From: Malacoraja senta
Taxonomy: Eukaryota
Length of the DNA: 64,000 nucleotides
Assembly (NCBI GenBank): GCA_038087875.1
Contig: JAXLNO010000516.1
Location: 1-64,000 of the forward strand
Direction: 5' to 3'
In this document: in pieces, positions 37,337-50,100 of the stretch
Numbering within the stretch: position 1 is the stretch's first letter
Layout of the letters: each line of letters begins with the position of its first letter
The notes under the pieces: generated by a model
Database searches by the model: none
What the model saw: the letters and a program-made list of their open reading frames with translations, nothing else
Told to the model about the DNA's origin: nothing
Position numbers and translations under genes: made by a program

Positions 37337-38109
37337 GGGTGCCGGGCTGCCTGTCGCCCTGCTGCCGCCAAACACCAAACGATATTGCCAAGTGCAGGAA
37401 CTATCTTTGAAGTAGTGGGGAAGTGTCCGACTGCCCTATGGCGACAAATATGCATGGAGGCGAGAATAATTTCTTATCATTTCTGGAGCTGGTTGGCATT
37501 TTCTTTAATTATTGATAGTGCAACCTTAATTCTGAAGAATTCCAAAGAGCACAGTTGTCAAAGTTCGTCTCTTAAAGAAAGCAGACAGCAACAAAATTGT
37601 TAAAGGTAGTCCAAAGCAATCTTTTAATCAATTTGCCAGAGGGGAGTGGCGAGATCTACAAAGTGCACACACGTTGCTCAGTGCTTCTCGGGCTCCACTC
37701 AAAGAACAAAGGAAAGTTTGTGTAATTATACATTTTCTTATCAATAAAACACACCTAAATCTGAGTGAAAGATCCGTAGCCTAAGGGAAACAAAGGAGAC
37801 TGGACCCATATATTTGCAATGTCAGCCATATTCTCAAATCTTGGCACAGCTTCACTACAGCTGCCTGCGCATTCCGGAAGGACAACTAACTCCATTTTGT
37901 TTTCAAATGACTCCCATCTTGCTTCCAGAATGGGCATCCGTCTGTGAACTAAAACAAGCTTGTAAGACTTGGATGAAAGCCACTACCTTGTCCTTAGCTG
38001 CGACAGGCAGTTCAGACACATATCTAATATGGTACTGTGCCCAGACAATACATCTCTATGCTAATACATTGTCAATACATTGTTTCAATGATTAGTACAA
38101 ACCAAGCTT

Positions 38110-40025
38110 CTAAGATTTCCATAACTTTATTCTGCTGGGAAAATGCTCTTTTAAATTTGACTGCTTTCTGCTTTCAGCAAATTTAAAAGCAACGGTGTGC
38201 CAGCAGGCTGGAGGAGCGGGCAAAGGCCTGCCACAGAGCGGGTAGGTGAAGGGGTGCTGGCCGGTGTGGACTCGCCGGTGCTCCAGCAGGTGGGTGAAGC
38301 CCTTTCCACAGGACGGGCAAGGGAAGGGATGCTCACCGCTGTGGGTATGCCGGTGCTGCCACAGACTGGACATGTGGGTGAAACCCTTGCCACACTCAGC
38401 GCACACAAAGAGTGTCTCTCCGGTGTGTATCCGCTGGTGCTCCCGCAGCCCCCGTGCTCTCTTGTCACAGTGGGAGCAGCTGCTCGCCGGCGTGGGTCCG
38501 CCGGTGCTGCCGCAACCCCCGCGAGCTGTCAAACTCCTCACCGCAGTACGGGCAGTCGTAGGGCTGGCCACTTTTGAGCACACGCTGGTGAGACAGGGGG
38601 TGGGAGGCCATGGTAAAGCACTCTCCACACATCGGGCTGGGGACGGGACTGTCGCCAGAGTGCACCCACTGGTGGGACAGCAGAGAGGTGGAGCGGGTGA
38701 AGCCCTTGCCACACTGGGTACAGGTGTAGGGGCGCTCACCAGTGTGGGTGCGCTGGTGCTTCAGCAGGTGACCGGACTGGGTGAAGCCTTGCCGCACTGG
38801 GTACAGGTATAGGGTCGCTCACCGGTGTGGGTGCGCTGGTGGGACAGCAGGCTGCTGGAGTGAGTGAAGCCCTTGCCGCACTGGGCGCAGGTGAAGGGTC
38901 GCTCGCCGGTGTGGGTGCGCTGGTGGGACAGCAGGTGACCGGACTGGGTGAAGCACTTGCCGCACTGGACGCAGGTGTAGGGTCGCTCGCCGGTGTGGGT
39001 GCGCTGGTGGGACAGCAGGTGACCAGACTGGGTGAAGCCCTTGCCGCACTGGGTACAGGTGTAGGGTCGCTCACCGGTGTGGGTGCGCTGGTGCTTCAGC
39101 AGGCTGCTGGAGTGAGTGAAGCCCTTGCCGCACTGGACGCAGGTGAAGGGATGCTCGCCGGTGTGGGTGCGCTGGTGCTCCAGCAGGCTGCTGGAGTGAG
39201 TGAAGCCCTTGCCGCACTGGGCGCAGGTGTAGGGGCACTCGCCGGTGTGTGTGCGCTGGTGGGACTGCAGGGTGCTGGAGTGGGTGAAGCCTTTGCCGCA
39301 CTGGGCGCAGGTGTAGGGGCACTCGCCGGTGTGTGTGCGCTGGTGCACCTGCAGAGTGCTGGAGCGGGTGAAGCCCTTGCCACACTGGGCACAGGTGTAG
39401 GGGCGCTCAGCGGTGTGGGTGCGTTGGTGGTACAGCAGGTGACCGGACTGGGTGAAGCCCTTGCCGCATTCGCTGCAGGTGTAGGGTCGTTCCCCGGTGT
39501 GCAGGCGCCTGTGCACCTTCTGTTCCGGTGATGACTTGAAGCCCTTGCCGCAGTCGCTGCAGGTGTAGCGGCGCTCGTTGGTGTGGGTGCGTTGGTGCAC
39601 CAGCAGGTTGCAGGACTGGATGAAGCCCTTGCCGCAGTCGCTGCAGGTGTAGGGGCGCTCGCCGGTGTGGGTTTGCTGGTGGGACAGCAGCTTACTGGAG
39701 GAGGTGAAGCCCTTGCCGCACTGAGCGCATGTGTAGGGGCGCTCGCCAGTGTGGGAGCGCTGGTGGGACAGCAGGTTGCTGGAGCGGGTGAAGCCCTTGC
39801 TGCAGTCGCTGCAGGTGTAGGGTCGTTCCCCGGTGTGCAGGCGCCTGTGCACATTCAGTTCCGGAGACGACTTGAAGCTCTTGCCGCACTCCGAGCAGTC
39901 GAAGGGGCGTTCTCCTGTGTGAACCCGCCGGTGGATCTCCAGATGGCTCGGGCCCTGCCACACCTTGCCACACACGTCGCACTCATAACGCTTCTCATTG
40001 TTGTGCCCCTCATGTGGTCCTCCAT
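38110..40025 (-). CDS. Tandem C2H2 zinc-finger exon, copy 2 (16 canonical fingers plus ~6 partly degenerate C-terminal fingers; apparent frameshifts)
   Basis: Mirror of copy 1; 1-bp losses in G/C runs at ~40008 and ~38787, with further breaks near 38470 and 38205. Confidence 0.85.
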
Positions 40026-40908
40026 CGAAGCTCAGCCCCGCGAAGCTCAGCCCACACACCGCGCAGATGGAGGGGGGGGGCTCACCGGCACCCTGGCCAC
40101 CCTCAATGGCTGCTCACGTCCCCGTCTCTCCGTCCACAGCAACGGCTCCTAAACCCTGCAGGAGGGGAACACAGAGGGTCAACAAGCTGGCAAACAGGAC
40201 ATTACTAGCACATATTGGGTGCGTTTATGGCGAAGGAAACCGTTATATAATTCTGCGCGGCACAGTGGCGCAGCGATACAGTTACTGCCTCACCGCCAGA
40301 GACCTAGGTACGATCCTGCCTATGGGTGCTGTCTGTGCGGAGTTTGTACGTTCTCCCCTTGACCTGCATGGCTTTTTACTCCGGGTGCTCCAGTTTACTC
40401 CAACATTTCAAAGACGTTGATGGTTGTAGATTGATCGGGCTCCGCAAAATTGTTAAATTGTCCCTAATGTGCGTAGGATAGTGCTAGTGTACGGGGTGAT
40501 CGCTGGTCGGCGCCGAGTCCGTGGGCCGAAAGACCTGTTTCCACGCTGCATCTCTAAACTAAACAAAACCAGAGAAGGGTCTCGACCCAAAATGTCACCC
40601 ATTCCTTCTCTGCACAGATGCTGCCTGACCCGCTGAGTTACTCCAGCACTCTCTCTCTGTCTCTCTCTGTCTGTCTCTCTCTTTTTCTGTCTCTCTCTCT
40701 CTCTTTCTCTCTGTCTGTCTCTCCCTCTCTCTCGCTCTGTCCCTCTCGTCTCTCTCTCTGTAACTGTCTCTTTCTCCCTCTCTCTATCTCACTGTCTCTC
40801 TCTCTCTCTGTCTGTCTCTCTCTCTGTCTGTCTCTCTCTCTCTATCTGTCTCTCTCTCTCTATCTGTCTCTCTCACTGTCTCCCTCCCTCTCTCCCTGTC
40901 TCTCTCCG

Positions 40909-40955
<47 letters not shown>

Positions 40956-41269
40956 GTTTCCCTCTCTCTCTCTCTGTCTCTCTCTCTCTCTATCTCTCTG
41001 ACCCTCCCTCTCTCTCCCTCTCTCTGCATCTGTCTCTCTCTCTAACTCTCTGTGTCTCTCTCTGTCTCTTTCCCCCCTCTCTGTCTCTCCCTATGTGTCT
41101 CCCTGTTTCTCTCTCTCTGTCTCTCTGTCTCTCTCTCTCTCTATGTCTCTCCCTCTGTCTCTCTCTCTGTCTCTCTGTGTCTCCCTGTCTCTGTCTTTCC
41201 TCTCTCTCTCTCTCTCTCTCCCCTGTCTCCCTCTCTGTCACTCTTTGTCTCTCACTCTCTGTCTCTCTC

Positions 41270-42860
41270 AATTTTCAATTTCAATTAAAAAACGTTATTG
41301 GCATGATGAAAAATACATTGTTATATTGACAAAGTATAAAACATGACATACATATTTAAAATGCATAAGTATAAATACAAGTATAGTGCATGGATAGATA
41401 TGTCCCTGTACATAAACTCGCAATAGGCCTATAGCCCTTTATTGATTGCTACACGTTCTTGCAGCTGTAAGCAGTACAACAGAATAGCAAGTTTAGCAAT
41501 TCAATATTAATTCCTTAGTGTCAGGTAATGTCAATTAGTGGGTGCGTACATATGTGCATATTGGTCATTCGCCGTCGCTCAGGTTATGGCATGCTGTTAC
41601 GTATTGTGCACCAAGATGTGCTGTATTTCCTTTACCAAGGATTATTCTTAGTTTTGATGTGTCATCCAGTTCATTAAAATCAAGGGTTGCCAGACTGAGT
41701 TTGTCAAAGTATGTTTTCCTTGTTTTGTCTTTTTTTTTGCATTTTAGGAAGAAGTGCCCCTCTGTTTCAACCTCATCTGTCAAACAGTGGCCGCATATTC
41801 TGCTTTCTCTTGGTTGCCAGAATCTCTTCTGTCTTCCCTTTTCAACTGCCAAATAGTGGTCACTTAGCCTGTATTTGTTGAGGGTCTGTCTCTGCTTTAT
41901 GTCCCTAACAGTTGAGAGATGGTCTGCCAATTTATAATCTCTTTTTAGGGCACGGTAACATTCTAACCTGCTTTGGCTTTTGGCTTCTTTATCCCAATGT
42001 TCCAAATACGTTTCTTTACATTGTTTGATAATTTGGTTCACTCTAACTGGTGATTGGGGATCAGTATTGATCTGGGGCTGGTCAGGGTTTAACTGGATAG
42101 GGTTTAACTGAATAGGGGTAGTTAGTCTCAGTAGCAACGGACACAGGGAATCCTTTTCTGGGCTCCCCTCTTGTGTTTTAAGGGCTTTAAACTGGAGGGT
42201 ATCTGGGGGGGCTAGATTTAAGGTGATTACAAAAATTTAGTGCTCTTTTCTGGATATTTATTATCAGTGGGTATCTGCCTAATTCCACCCTACATGCATT
42301 TGTTGGTGTTTTCCTTTGGAAGCGGAGGATGTTCCGACAAAATTCCGCATGCACGGCCTCAGTTGTATATTTTTCCCATTTACTATAAAGCGCAATAGGC
42401 TGGATTATGTCAAATATCTTAAGCCAGATTTTAATTGGAATTTGGATGTTGTAGAATCTTCTTTTTATTGCATACAGAGCTCTTCGAGCTTTCTCTTTTA
42501 GTGCATTCACTGCCATGTTGAAGCTCCCTGATGCTGCAACAGTTAAACCAAGGTAAGTATAGCTCATAGTGTGTTCGATAATAATACCATTGAGAGTAAA
42601 TTTGTATTTACCTTGCTGACATCTGGGTCTTTTCTGAAAAACCATGATGTTGGTTTTCTTTAGATTTACTGCCAGGGCCCAAATTTGGCAGTAGGCATCA
42701 AGTAGGTCCAACTGTTGCTGCAGTCCCTGTTCTGTGGGGGACAGCAGAACCAAGTCATCCGCATAAAACAGGGATTTTACCTCTCCGTCCAGAAGACAGA
42801 GGCCCAGCGCTGTGCTCTGGTCCAGCTTTACTGCCAAATCGTTGATATATATATTATACA
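41270..42860 (-). mobile_element. RTE-X-like LINE fragment (mirror copy)
   Basis: Same ORF as 31810-33440, with a small internal deletion near 42385. Confidence 0.7.
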
Positions 42861-42897
42861 TATATACAAACAGTATACATTAAATGTTGATATACAT

Positions 42898-43097
42898 AGA
42901 TACATAGAAAATAGGTGCAGGAGTAGGCCATTCGGCCCTTCGAGCCTGCACCGCCATTCAATATGATCATGGCTGACATTCCAACTCAGTATCCCGTACC
43001 TGCCTTCTCTCCATACCCCCTGATCCCCTTAGCCACAAGGGCCACATCTAACTCCCTCTTAAATATAGCCAATGAACTGGCCTCAACTACCCTCTGT
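42898..43097 (-). mobile_element. ~200-bp CR1 3' end, right-arm specific
   Basis: CR1 tail; flanking ATATACAT at 42890-42897 and 43101-43108; absent at ~31770. Confidence 0.8.
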
Positions 43098-43207
43098 AAT
43101 ATATACATTAAACATTAAACACTCTCTCTCTCTTTCTGTCTCTCTCTTCTTTCACCCTCTCTCTCTTTCTCTGTCTCTCTCTGTCGTTGTATATGTCTCT
43201 CTCTCTC

Positions 43208-44545
43208 ATAGAAACATAGACACATAGAAAATAGGTGCAGGAGTAGGCCATTCGGCCCTTCGAGCCTGCACTCCCATTCAACATGATCATGGCTGATCAT
43301 CCAACTCAGTATCCCGTACCTGCCTTCTCTCCATACCCTCTGATCCCTTTAGCCACAAGGGCCACATCTAACTCCCTCTTAAATATAGCCAATGAACTGG
43401 CCTCGACTACCCTCTGTGGCAGAGAGTTCCAGAGATTCACCACTCTCTGTGTGAAAAAAGTTCTTCGCATCTCGGTTTTAAAGGATTTCCCCCTTATCCT
43501 TAAGCTGTGACCCCTTGTCCTGGACTTCCCCAACATCGGGAGCAATCTTCCTGCATCTAGCCTGTCCAACCCTTAAGAATTTTGTACGTTTCTATAAGAT
43601 CCCCTCTCAATCTCCTAAATTCTAGAGAGTATAAACCAAGTCTATCCAGTCTTTCTTCATAAGACAGTCCTGACATCCCAGGAATCAGTCTGGTGAACCT
43701 TCTCTGCACTCCCTCTATGGCAATAATGTCCTTCCTCAGATTTGGAGACCAAAACTGTACGCAATACTCCAGGTGTGGTCTCACCAAGACCCTGTACAAC
43801 TGCAGTAGAACCTCCCTGCTCCTATACTCAAATCCTTTTGCTATGAAAGCTAACATACCATTTGCTTTCTTCACTGCCTCCTGCACCTGCATGCCTACTT
43901 TCAATGACTGGTGTACCATGACACCCAGGTCTCGCTGCATCTCCCCTTTTCCTAGTCGGCCACTATTTAGATAATAGTCTGCTTTCCTGTTTTTGCCACC
44001 AAAATGGATAACCTCACATTTATCCACATTATACTGCATCTGCCAAACATTTGCCCACTCACCCAGCCTATCCAAGTCACCTTACAGTCTCCTAGCATCC
44101 TCCTCACAGCTAACACTGCCCCCCAGCTTAGTGTCATCTGCAAACTTGGAGATATTGCCTTCAATTCCCTCATCCAGTTCATTAATATATATTGTAAATA
44201 GCTGGGGTCCCAGCACTGAGCCTTGCGGTACCCCACTAGTCACTGCCTGCCATTGTGAAAAGGACCCGTTTACTCCTACTCTTTGCTTCCTGTTTGCCAG
44301 GCTGTTCTCCATCCACATCAATACTGAACCCCCAATGCCATGTGCTTTATGTTTGTATACTAATCTCTTATGTGGGACCTTGTCAAAAGCCTTCTGGAAG
44401 TCCAGATACACCACATCCATTGGTTCTCCCCTATCCACGCTACTAGTTACATCCTCGAAAAATTCTATAAGATTCGTCAGACATGATTTACCTTTCGTAA
44501 ATCCATGCTGAATTTGTCCAATGATTTCACCACTTTCCAAATGTG
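43208..44545 (-). mobile_element. 5'-truncated CR1 (mirror of 30301-31640)
   Basis: RT motifs and the same truncation point against the (GA)n tract. Confidence 0.9.
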
Positions 44546-44746
44546 CTCTCTCTCTCTCTCTGTTTCTCTGCCTCTCTCATTCCCTCTCTCTCTCTGTCTC
44601 TCCCTCTGTCTCCCTCTCTCTTTCTGTCTATTTCTGTCTCTGTCTCTCACTGTGTCTCTCTCTCTGTCTCTCTCTCTCACACTGTCTCTCTCTGTCACTC
44701 CCTCTCCCTCTGTCTCTCTCTACCTCATTCTCTCCCTCTCTCTCTG

Positions 44747-44803
<57 letters not shown>

Positions 44804-45602
44804 TCCCTCTCTCTCTCAATCTCTCTCTCCCCTTTTCTCTGTCTCTCACCCTCTCTCTCTGTGTCTCTCTGTCTGTCTATATCTGTCTCGCCCTCTCTCT
44901 CTCTCTCTGTGTCTCTCTCTCTCTTTCTCTCTCTCTCTCCCACTGTCTCTCCTGCATCTCTCTGTCTCTTTCCGTCTCTCACTGACTCTCTCTCTCTCTC
45001 TTTCTGTCTCTCTCTCTTTCCGTCTCTCTTTCCGTCTCTCCATCTCTCTCTGTCTCATTCTCTCTCTGTTTCTCTCTCTCTCTCTGCCTGTCTCGCTCTT
45101 TCTCCCTCTCTCTCTGTCTCTCTCTCTCTCTCTATTTCTCCCTGTCTGGCTCTCCCTCTCTCTGTCTTTCTTTCTCTCTTTCTCTGCCTCTCCCTCTCTC
45201 TCTCTGCACCTCTGTCTCATTCTCTCTGTCTCTGTCCCTCTCTCTGACACTCCCTCTCATTCTCCCTCTTCTCTTTCTTTCTCGCTCTCTCTGTCCCTCT
45301 GTCCCTCTCCCTCTTTCTCTGTCTCTTTCTCTCTCTCTTTCTGCCTCTCTCTCTGTCTCTCTCTCACACTCTCTCTCTCTCTCTCTGTCACACGCCCTAT
45401 CTCCCCATCTCTCCCTCTCACTCTCTCTCTCTGTCTGTCACTCTCTGTCTCTCTATCTCTGTCTCTCCCTCTGTGTCTCTCTCCCTCTGTGTCTCCCTCC
45501 CTCTCTCTGTCTCTCTCGGTCTCTCTCTATCTGTATCTCTCTGTTTCTCTCTGTCTCTCTCTCTCTCTGTCTCTTTCTGTCTCTCTCTGTATCTCTCTCC
45601 CC

Positions 45603-45645
<43 letters not shown>

Positions 45646-45742
45646 CTCTCGATGTCTATATCTGTCCAAGTTCAAGTTCAAGTGAGTTTATTGTCATGTG
45701 TCTCTGATAGGACAATGAAATTCTTGCTTTGCTCTCCCTCTC

Positions 45743-45773
<31 letters not shown>

Positions 45774-46951
45774 CTCCGTTTCTCTCTGTCTCTCTCTTGC
45801 TCTGTTTCTCTCTCTGTCTCTCTCTCTCTGCCTTTCTTTCTCTCTCTCAGCCTCTCTCTCTCTCTGTCTCTCTCTTTGATTGATTGATTGATTGATAGAT
45901 TTTTACTTTATTCCTTTCTCTCTCTCTCCCCCACTGTCTCTCTTTCTGCCTCACTCTCTGTCTCACTCCATCTCTCACCGACTGTCTCTCTCTGTCACTC
46001 TCTGTCTCTCTCTGTCTCTCTCTCTGTCTCTCTCTGTCTCTCTCCATCTCTGTCTCACTCTCTCCGTTTCTCTCTCTCTCTCTATCCGTCTCTCTCTTTC
46101 TCCCACTCTCTCTCTCTCTATCTCTCTTTCTCTCTCTGTCTCTCTCTCCGTTTCTCTCTGTCTCTCTCTGCCTCTCTCTCTATCTCTCTCTCTCTGATTC
46201 TCTCTCTCTATCATTCTGTCTTTCTCTCACTTTCTGTCTCACTCTCTCTCTCTGTCTCTCTATCTGCCTCTCATATTTCTCCATCCCTGTCTGTCTCTCT
46301 GTCTCTCTCTATTTCTCTATCTATCTCTCTCTCTCTCTATCTCTGTCTCTCTCTATCTCCCTCTCTCTCTCTCTCTCTCCGTCTCCCTCTCCATTTCTCT
46401 CTGTCTCTCTCTCTCCATCTCTCACTCACTCTCTCTCTCTCTGTCTCTCACTCAGTCTCTTTCTCTGTCTCTCTCTCTCTCACTCCGTCTCTCTCCGTCT
46501 CTCTGTATCACTCTGTCTCTGTCTCTCTCTATCTGTCTCTGTCTCTCTCTCTCTCTCTCTCTCTTGCTCTCTGTCTCTCTCTTCCTCTCTCTGTGTGTGT
46601 GTCTCTCTCTTTGTCTGTCTGTCTCTATCTCTCTCTCCATCTCCCCTGTCTCCCTCTGTCTCTATGCCTCGCTCTCTGTCTGTCTGTCTCCCTCTGTCTC
46701 TCTCTCTGTCTCTCTCCATCTCTCTGTCTATCTCTCTCCGGGTCTCATTCTCTCTCTCACTTTCCCTCTCTCTCTGTCTCTATTTCTCTCTCTGTCTGTC
46801 TCTCTCTGCGTTTCATTCTCTCTCTCTCTCTGTCTCTCTCTCTCTGTCTGTCTCTCTCTCTGTCTGTCTCTCTCTCTGTCTGTATCGCTCTCTGTCTGTC
46901 TGTCTCTCTCTGTCTCTCTCTCTCTCTCTGTCTGTCTCTCTCTCTCTGTCC

Positions 46952-46985
<34 letters not shown>

Positions 46986-47018
46986 GTCTCACGCTCTCTC
47001 TGTCTGTCTCTCTCCCTG

Positions 47019-47055
<37 letters not shown>

Positions 47056-47124
47056 GTCTCACGCTCTCTCTGTCTGTCTCTCTCTCTGTCTGTCTCTCTC
47101 TCTCTGTCTGTCTCTGTGTCTCTT

Positions 47125-50100
47125 AATGTAAGGCCCGGGAGCCGTTGGAGCGAGAGGAACCGAATTTGTAACGTTCCATCACACATCCAAGGAAGTGGTC
47201 TGGCGGAAGCGGACTAGAGGGAGCAGCTGATTGGGAGCAACCCCAGGTTTGCATTTCTGCTTTCTGGTTAAGGGTTCAGTGAGTTAAGGGTACAGTGAGT
47301 TAAGGGTACAGTGAGATAAGGGTGCAGTGGGTTAAGGGGACAGTGAGTTAAGGGTACAGTGAGTTAAGGGTACAGTGCTTTTTAGTAAAGGTACAGTTTA
47401 AAGGATTAAGATTTTTATAGTGGGAGTGAGTTGATTTAATTTGGGGGTAAGCCATGTCAGTTGAGATCGGCCCCATGGTTTGCTCAACCTGCAACATGTG
47501 GGAGATCAGGGATATGGTCGGTCCCTGGTGACTACGTTTGCAGGAAGTGTGTCCAGCTGCAGCTCCTGGCAGACCGCATTGAACAATTTGGAGCTGCGGT
47601 TGGATTCATACTGGAGCATCCACGATGCTGAGAAAGTCGTGAATAGCACATACAGTGAGTTGGTCACACCGCAGGTAAAAGTTAAGCGGACAGAAACGGA
47701 ACGGGTGGCCATTAGCCAGCGTAGCAGTAGGCAGGTAGTGCAGGAGTCCCCTGCGGTCAACTCCCCCCTAAACAGATATACCATTTTGGATACTGTTGGG
47801 GGAGATGGCTCATCAGGGGAAGGCAGCAGCAGCCATGTTTATGGCACCATGGGTGGCTCTGCGGCACAGGAGGGGAGGAAAAAGTGTGGAAGGGCTATAG
47901 TAATAGGGGATTCAATTGTAAGGGGAATAGATAGGCGTTTCTGCGGCCGCAAACGAGACTCCAGGATGGTATGTTGCCTCCCTGGTGTAAGGGTCAGGGA
48001 TGTCACTGAACGACTGCAGAACGTCCTGGAGGGGGAGCGTGAACAGCCAGTTGTCGTGGTGCACATTGGCACCAACGATATAGGTAAAAAATTGGATGAG
48101 GTCCTACAAGGTGAATTTAGGGTGCTAGGAGGTAAACTTAAAAGTAGGACCTCAAAGGTAATAATCTCTGGAATACTACCAGTACCAGGGTAGAAATAGG
48201 AGGATATTGCAGATTAATATGTGGTTTGAAAAGTGGTGCAAGGGGGAGGGATTCAAATTTCTAAGGCATTGGAACCAGTTCTGGGGGAGGTGGGACCAGT
48301 ACAAACAGGACGGTCTGCACCTGGGCTGGAATGGAAACAATGTCCTTGGGGGAGTGTTTGCTGGTGCTGTCGGGGAGGATTTAAACTAATGTGGCAGGGG
48401 GATGGGAGCATGAGCAGAGAGACAGAGGGGTGTAAAGTGAGGGTAGAAGCAATAGGTAGCAAGGTGAAAAGTAAAAGCGGTAGGCTGAAAAATCCAGGGC
48501 AAAAATCAAAAAGGGCCACTTTTCAACCTAATTGTATAAGGGGTAAGAGTGTTGTAAAAACAAGCCTGAAGGCTTTGTGTCTCAATGCAAGGAGCATTTG
48601 TAATAAGGTGGATGAGTTGAATGTGCAGACAGTTATTAATGAATATGATATCGTTGGGATCACGGAGGCATGGCTCCAGGGTGACCAAGGCTGGGAGCTG
48701 AACATCCAGGGATATTCAATATTCAGGAGGGATAGACAGAAAGAAAAAGGAGGTGGGGTAGCATTGCTGGTTAGAGAGGAGATTAACGCAATAGAAAGGA
48801 GGGACATTAGCTTGGAGGATGTGGAATCGATATGGGTAGAGCTGCGAAACACTAGGGGGCAGAAAACGCTAGTGGGAGTTGTGTACAGGCCACCTAGCAG
48901 TAGTAGTGGAGTTGGGGATGGCATCAAATAGGAAATTAGAAATGCGTGCAACAAAGGTAAAACAGTTATAATGGGTGACTTCAATCTACATATATAGATA
49001 CATAGATACATAGAAAATAGGTGCAGGAGTAGGCCATTCGGCCCTTCGAGCCTGCACCGCCATTCAATATGATCATGGCTGATCATCCAACTCAGTATCC
49101 CGTACCTGCCTTCTCTCCATACCCCCTGATCCCTTTAGCCACAAGGGCCACATCTAACTCCCTCTTAAATATAGCCAATGAACTGGCCTCAACTACCCTC
49201 TGTGGCAGAGAGTTCCAGAGATTCACCACTCTCTGTGTGAAAAAGTTTTTCCTTATCTCGGTCTTAAAGGATTTCCCCCTTATCCTTAAGCTGTGACCCC
49301 TTGTCCTGGACTTCCCCAACATCGGGAACAATCTTCCTGCATCTAGCCTGTCCAACCCCATAAGAATTTTGTACGTTTCTATAAGATCCCCTCTCAATCT
49401 CCTAAATTCTAGCGAGTATAAGCCAAGTCTATCCCGTCTTTCTTCATATGAAAGTCCTGACATCCCAGGAATCAGTCTGGTGAACCTTCTCTGCACTCCC
49501 TCTATGGCTATAATGTCCTTCCTCAGATTTGGAGACCAAAACTGTACGCAATACTCCAGGTGTGGTCTCACCAAGACCCTGTACAACTGCAGTAGAACCT
49601 CCCTGCTCCTATACTCAAATCCTCTTGCTATGAAGGCCAACATACGTTTCGCTTTCTTCACTGCCTGCTGCACCTGCATGCCTACTTTCAATGACTGGTG
49701 TACCATGACACCCAGGTCTCGCTGCATCTCCCCATTTCCTAATCGGCCACCATTTAGATAATAGTCTGTCTTCCCGTTTTTGCCACCAAAGTGGATAACC
49801 TCACATTTATCCACATTATACTGCATCTGCCAAACATTTGCCCACTCACCCAGCCTATCCGTCACCTTGCAATCTCCTAGCATCCTCCTCACAGCTAACA
49901 CTGCCCCCCAGCTTAGTGTCATCCGCAAACTTGGAGATGTTGCTTTCAATTCCCTCGTCCAGATCATTAATATAAATTGTAAATAGCTGGGGTCCCAGCA
50001 CTGAGCCTTGCGGTACCCCACTAGTCACTGCCTGCCATTGTGAAAAGGACCCGTTTACTCCTACTCTTTGCTTCCTGTTTGCCAGCCAGTTCTCTATCCA

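Noticed and set aside
40257..40330. tRNA gene
   Set aside because: It is the tRNA-derived head of a SINE and continues into the SINE core and tail.
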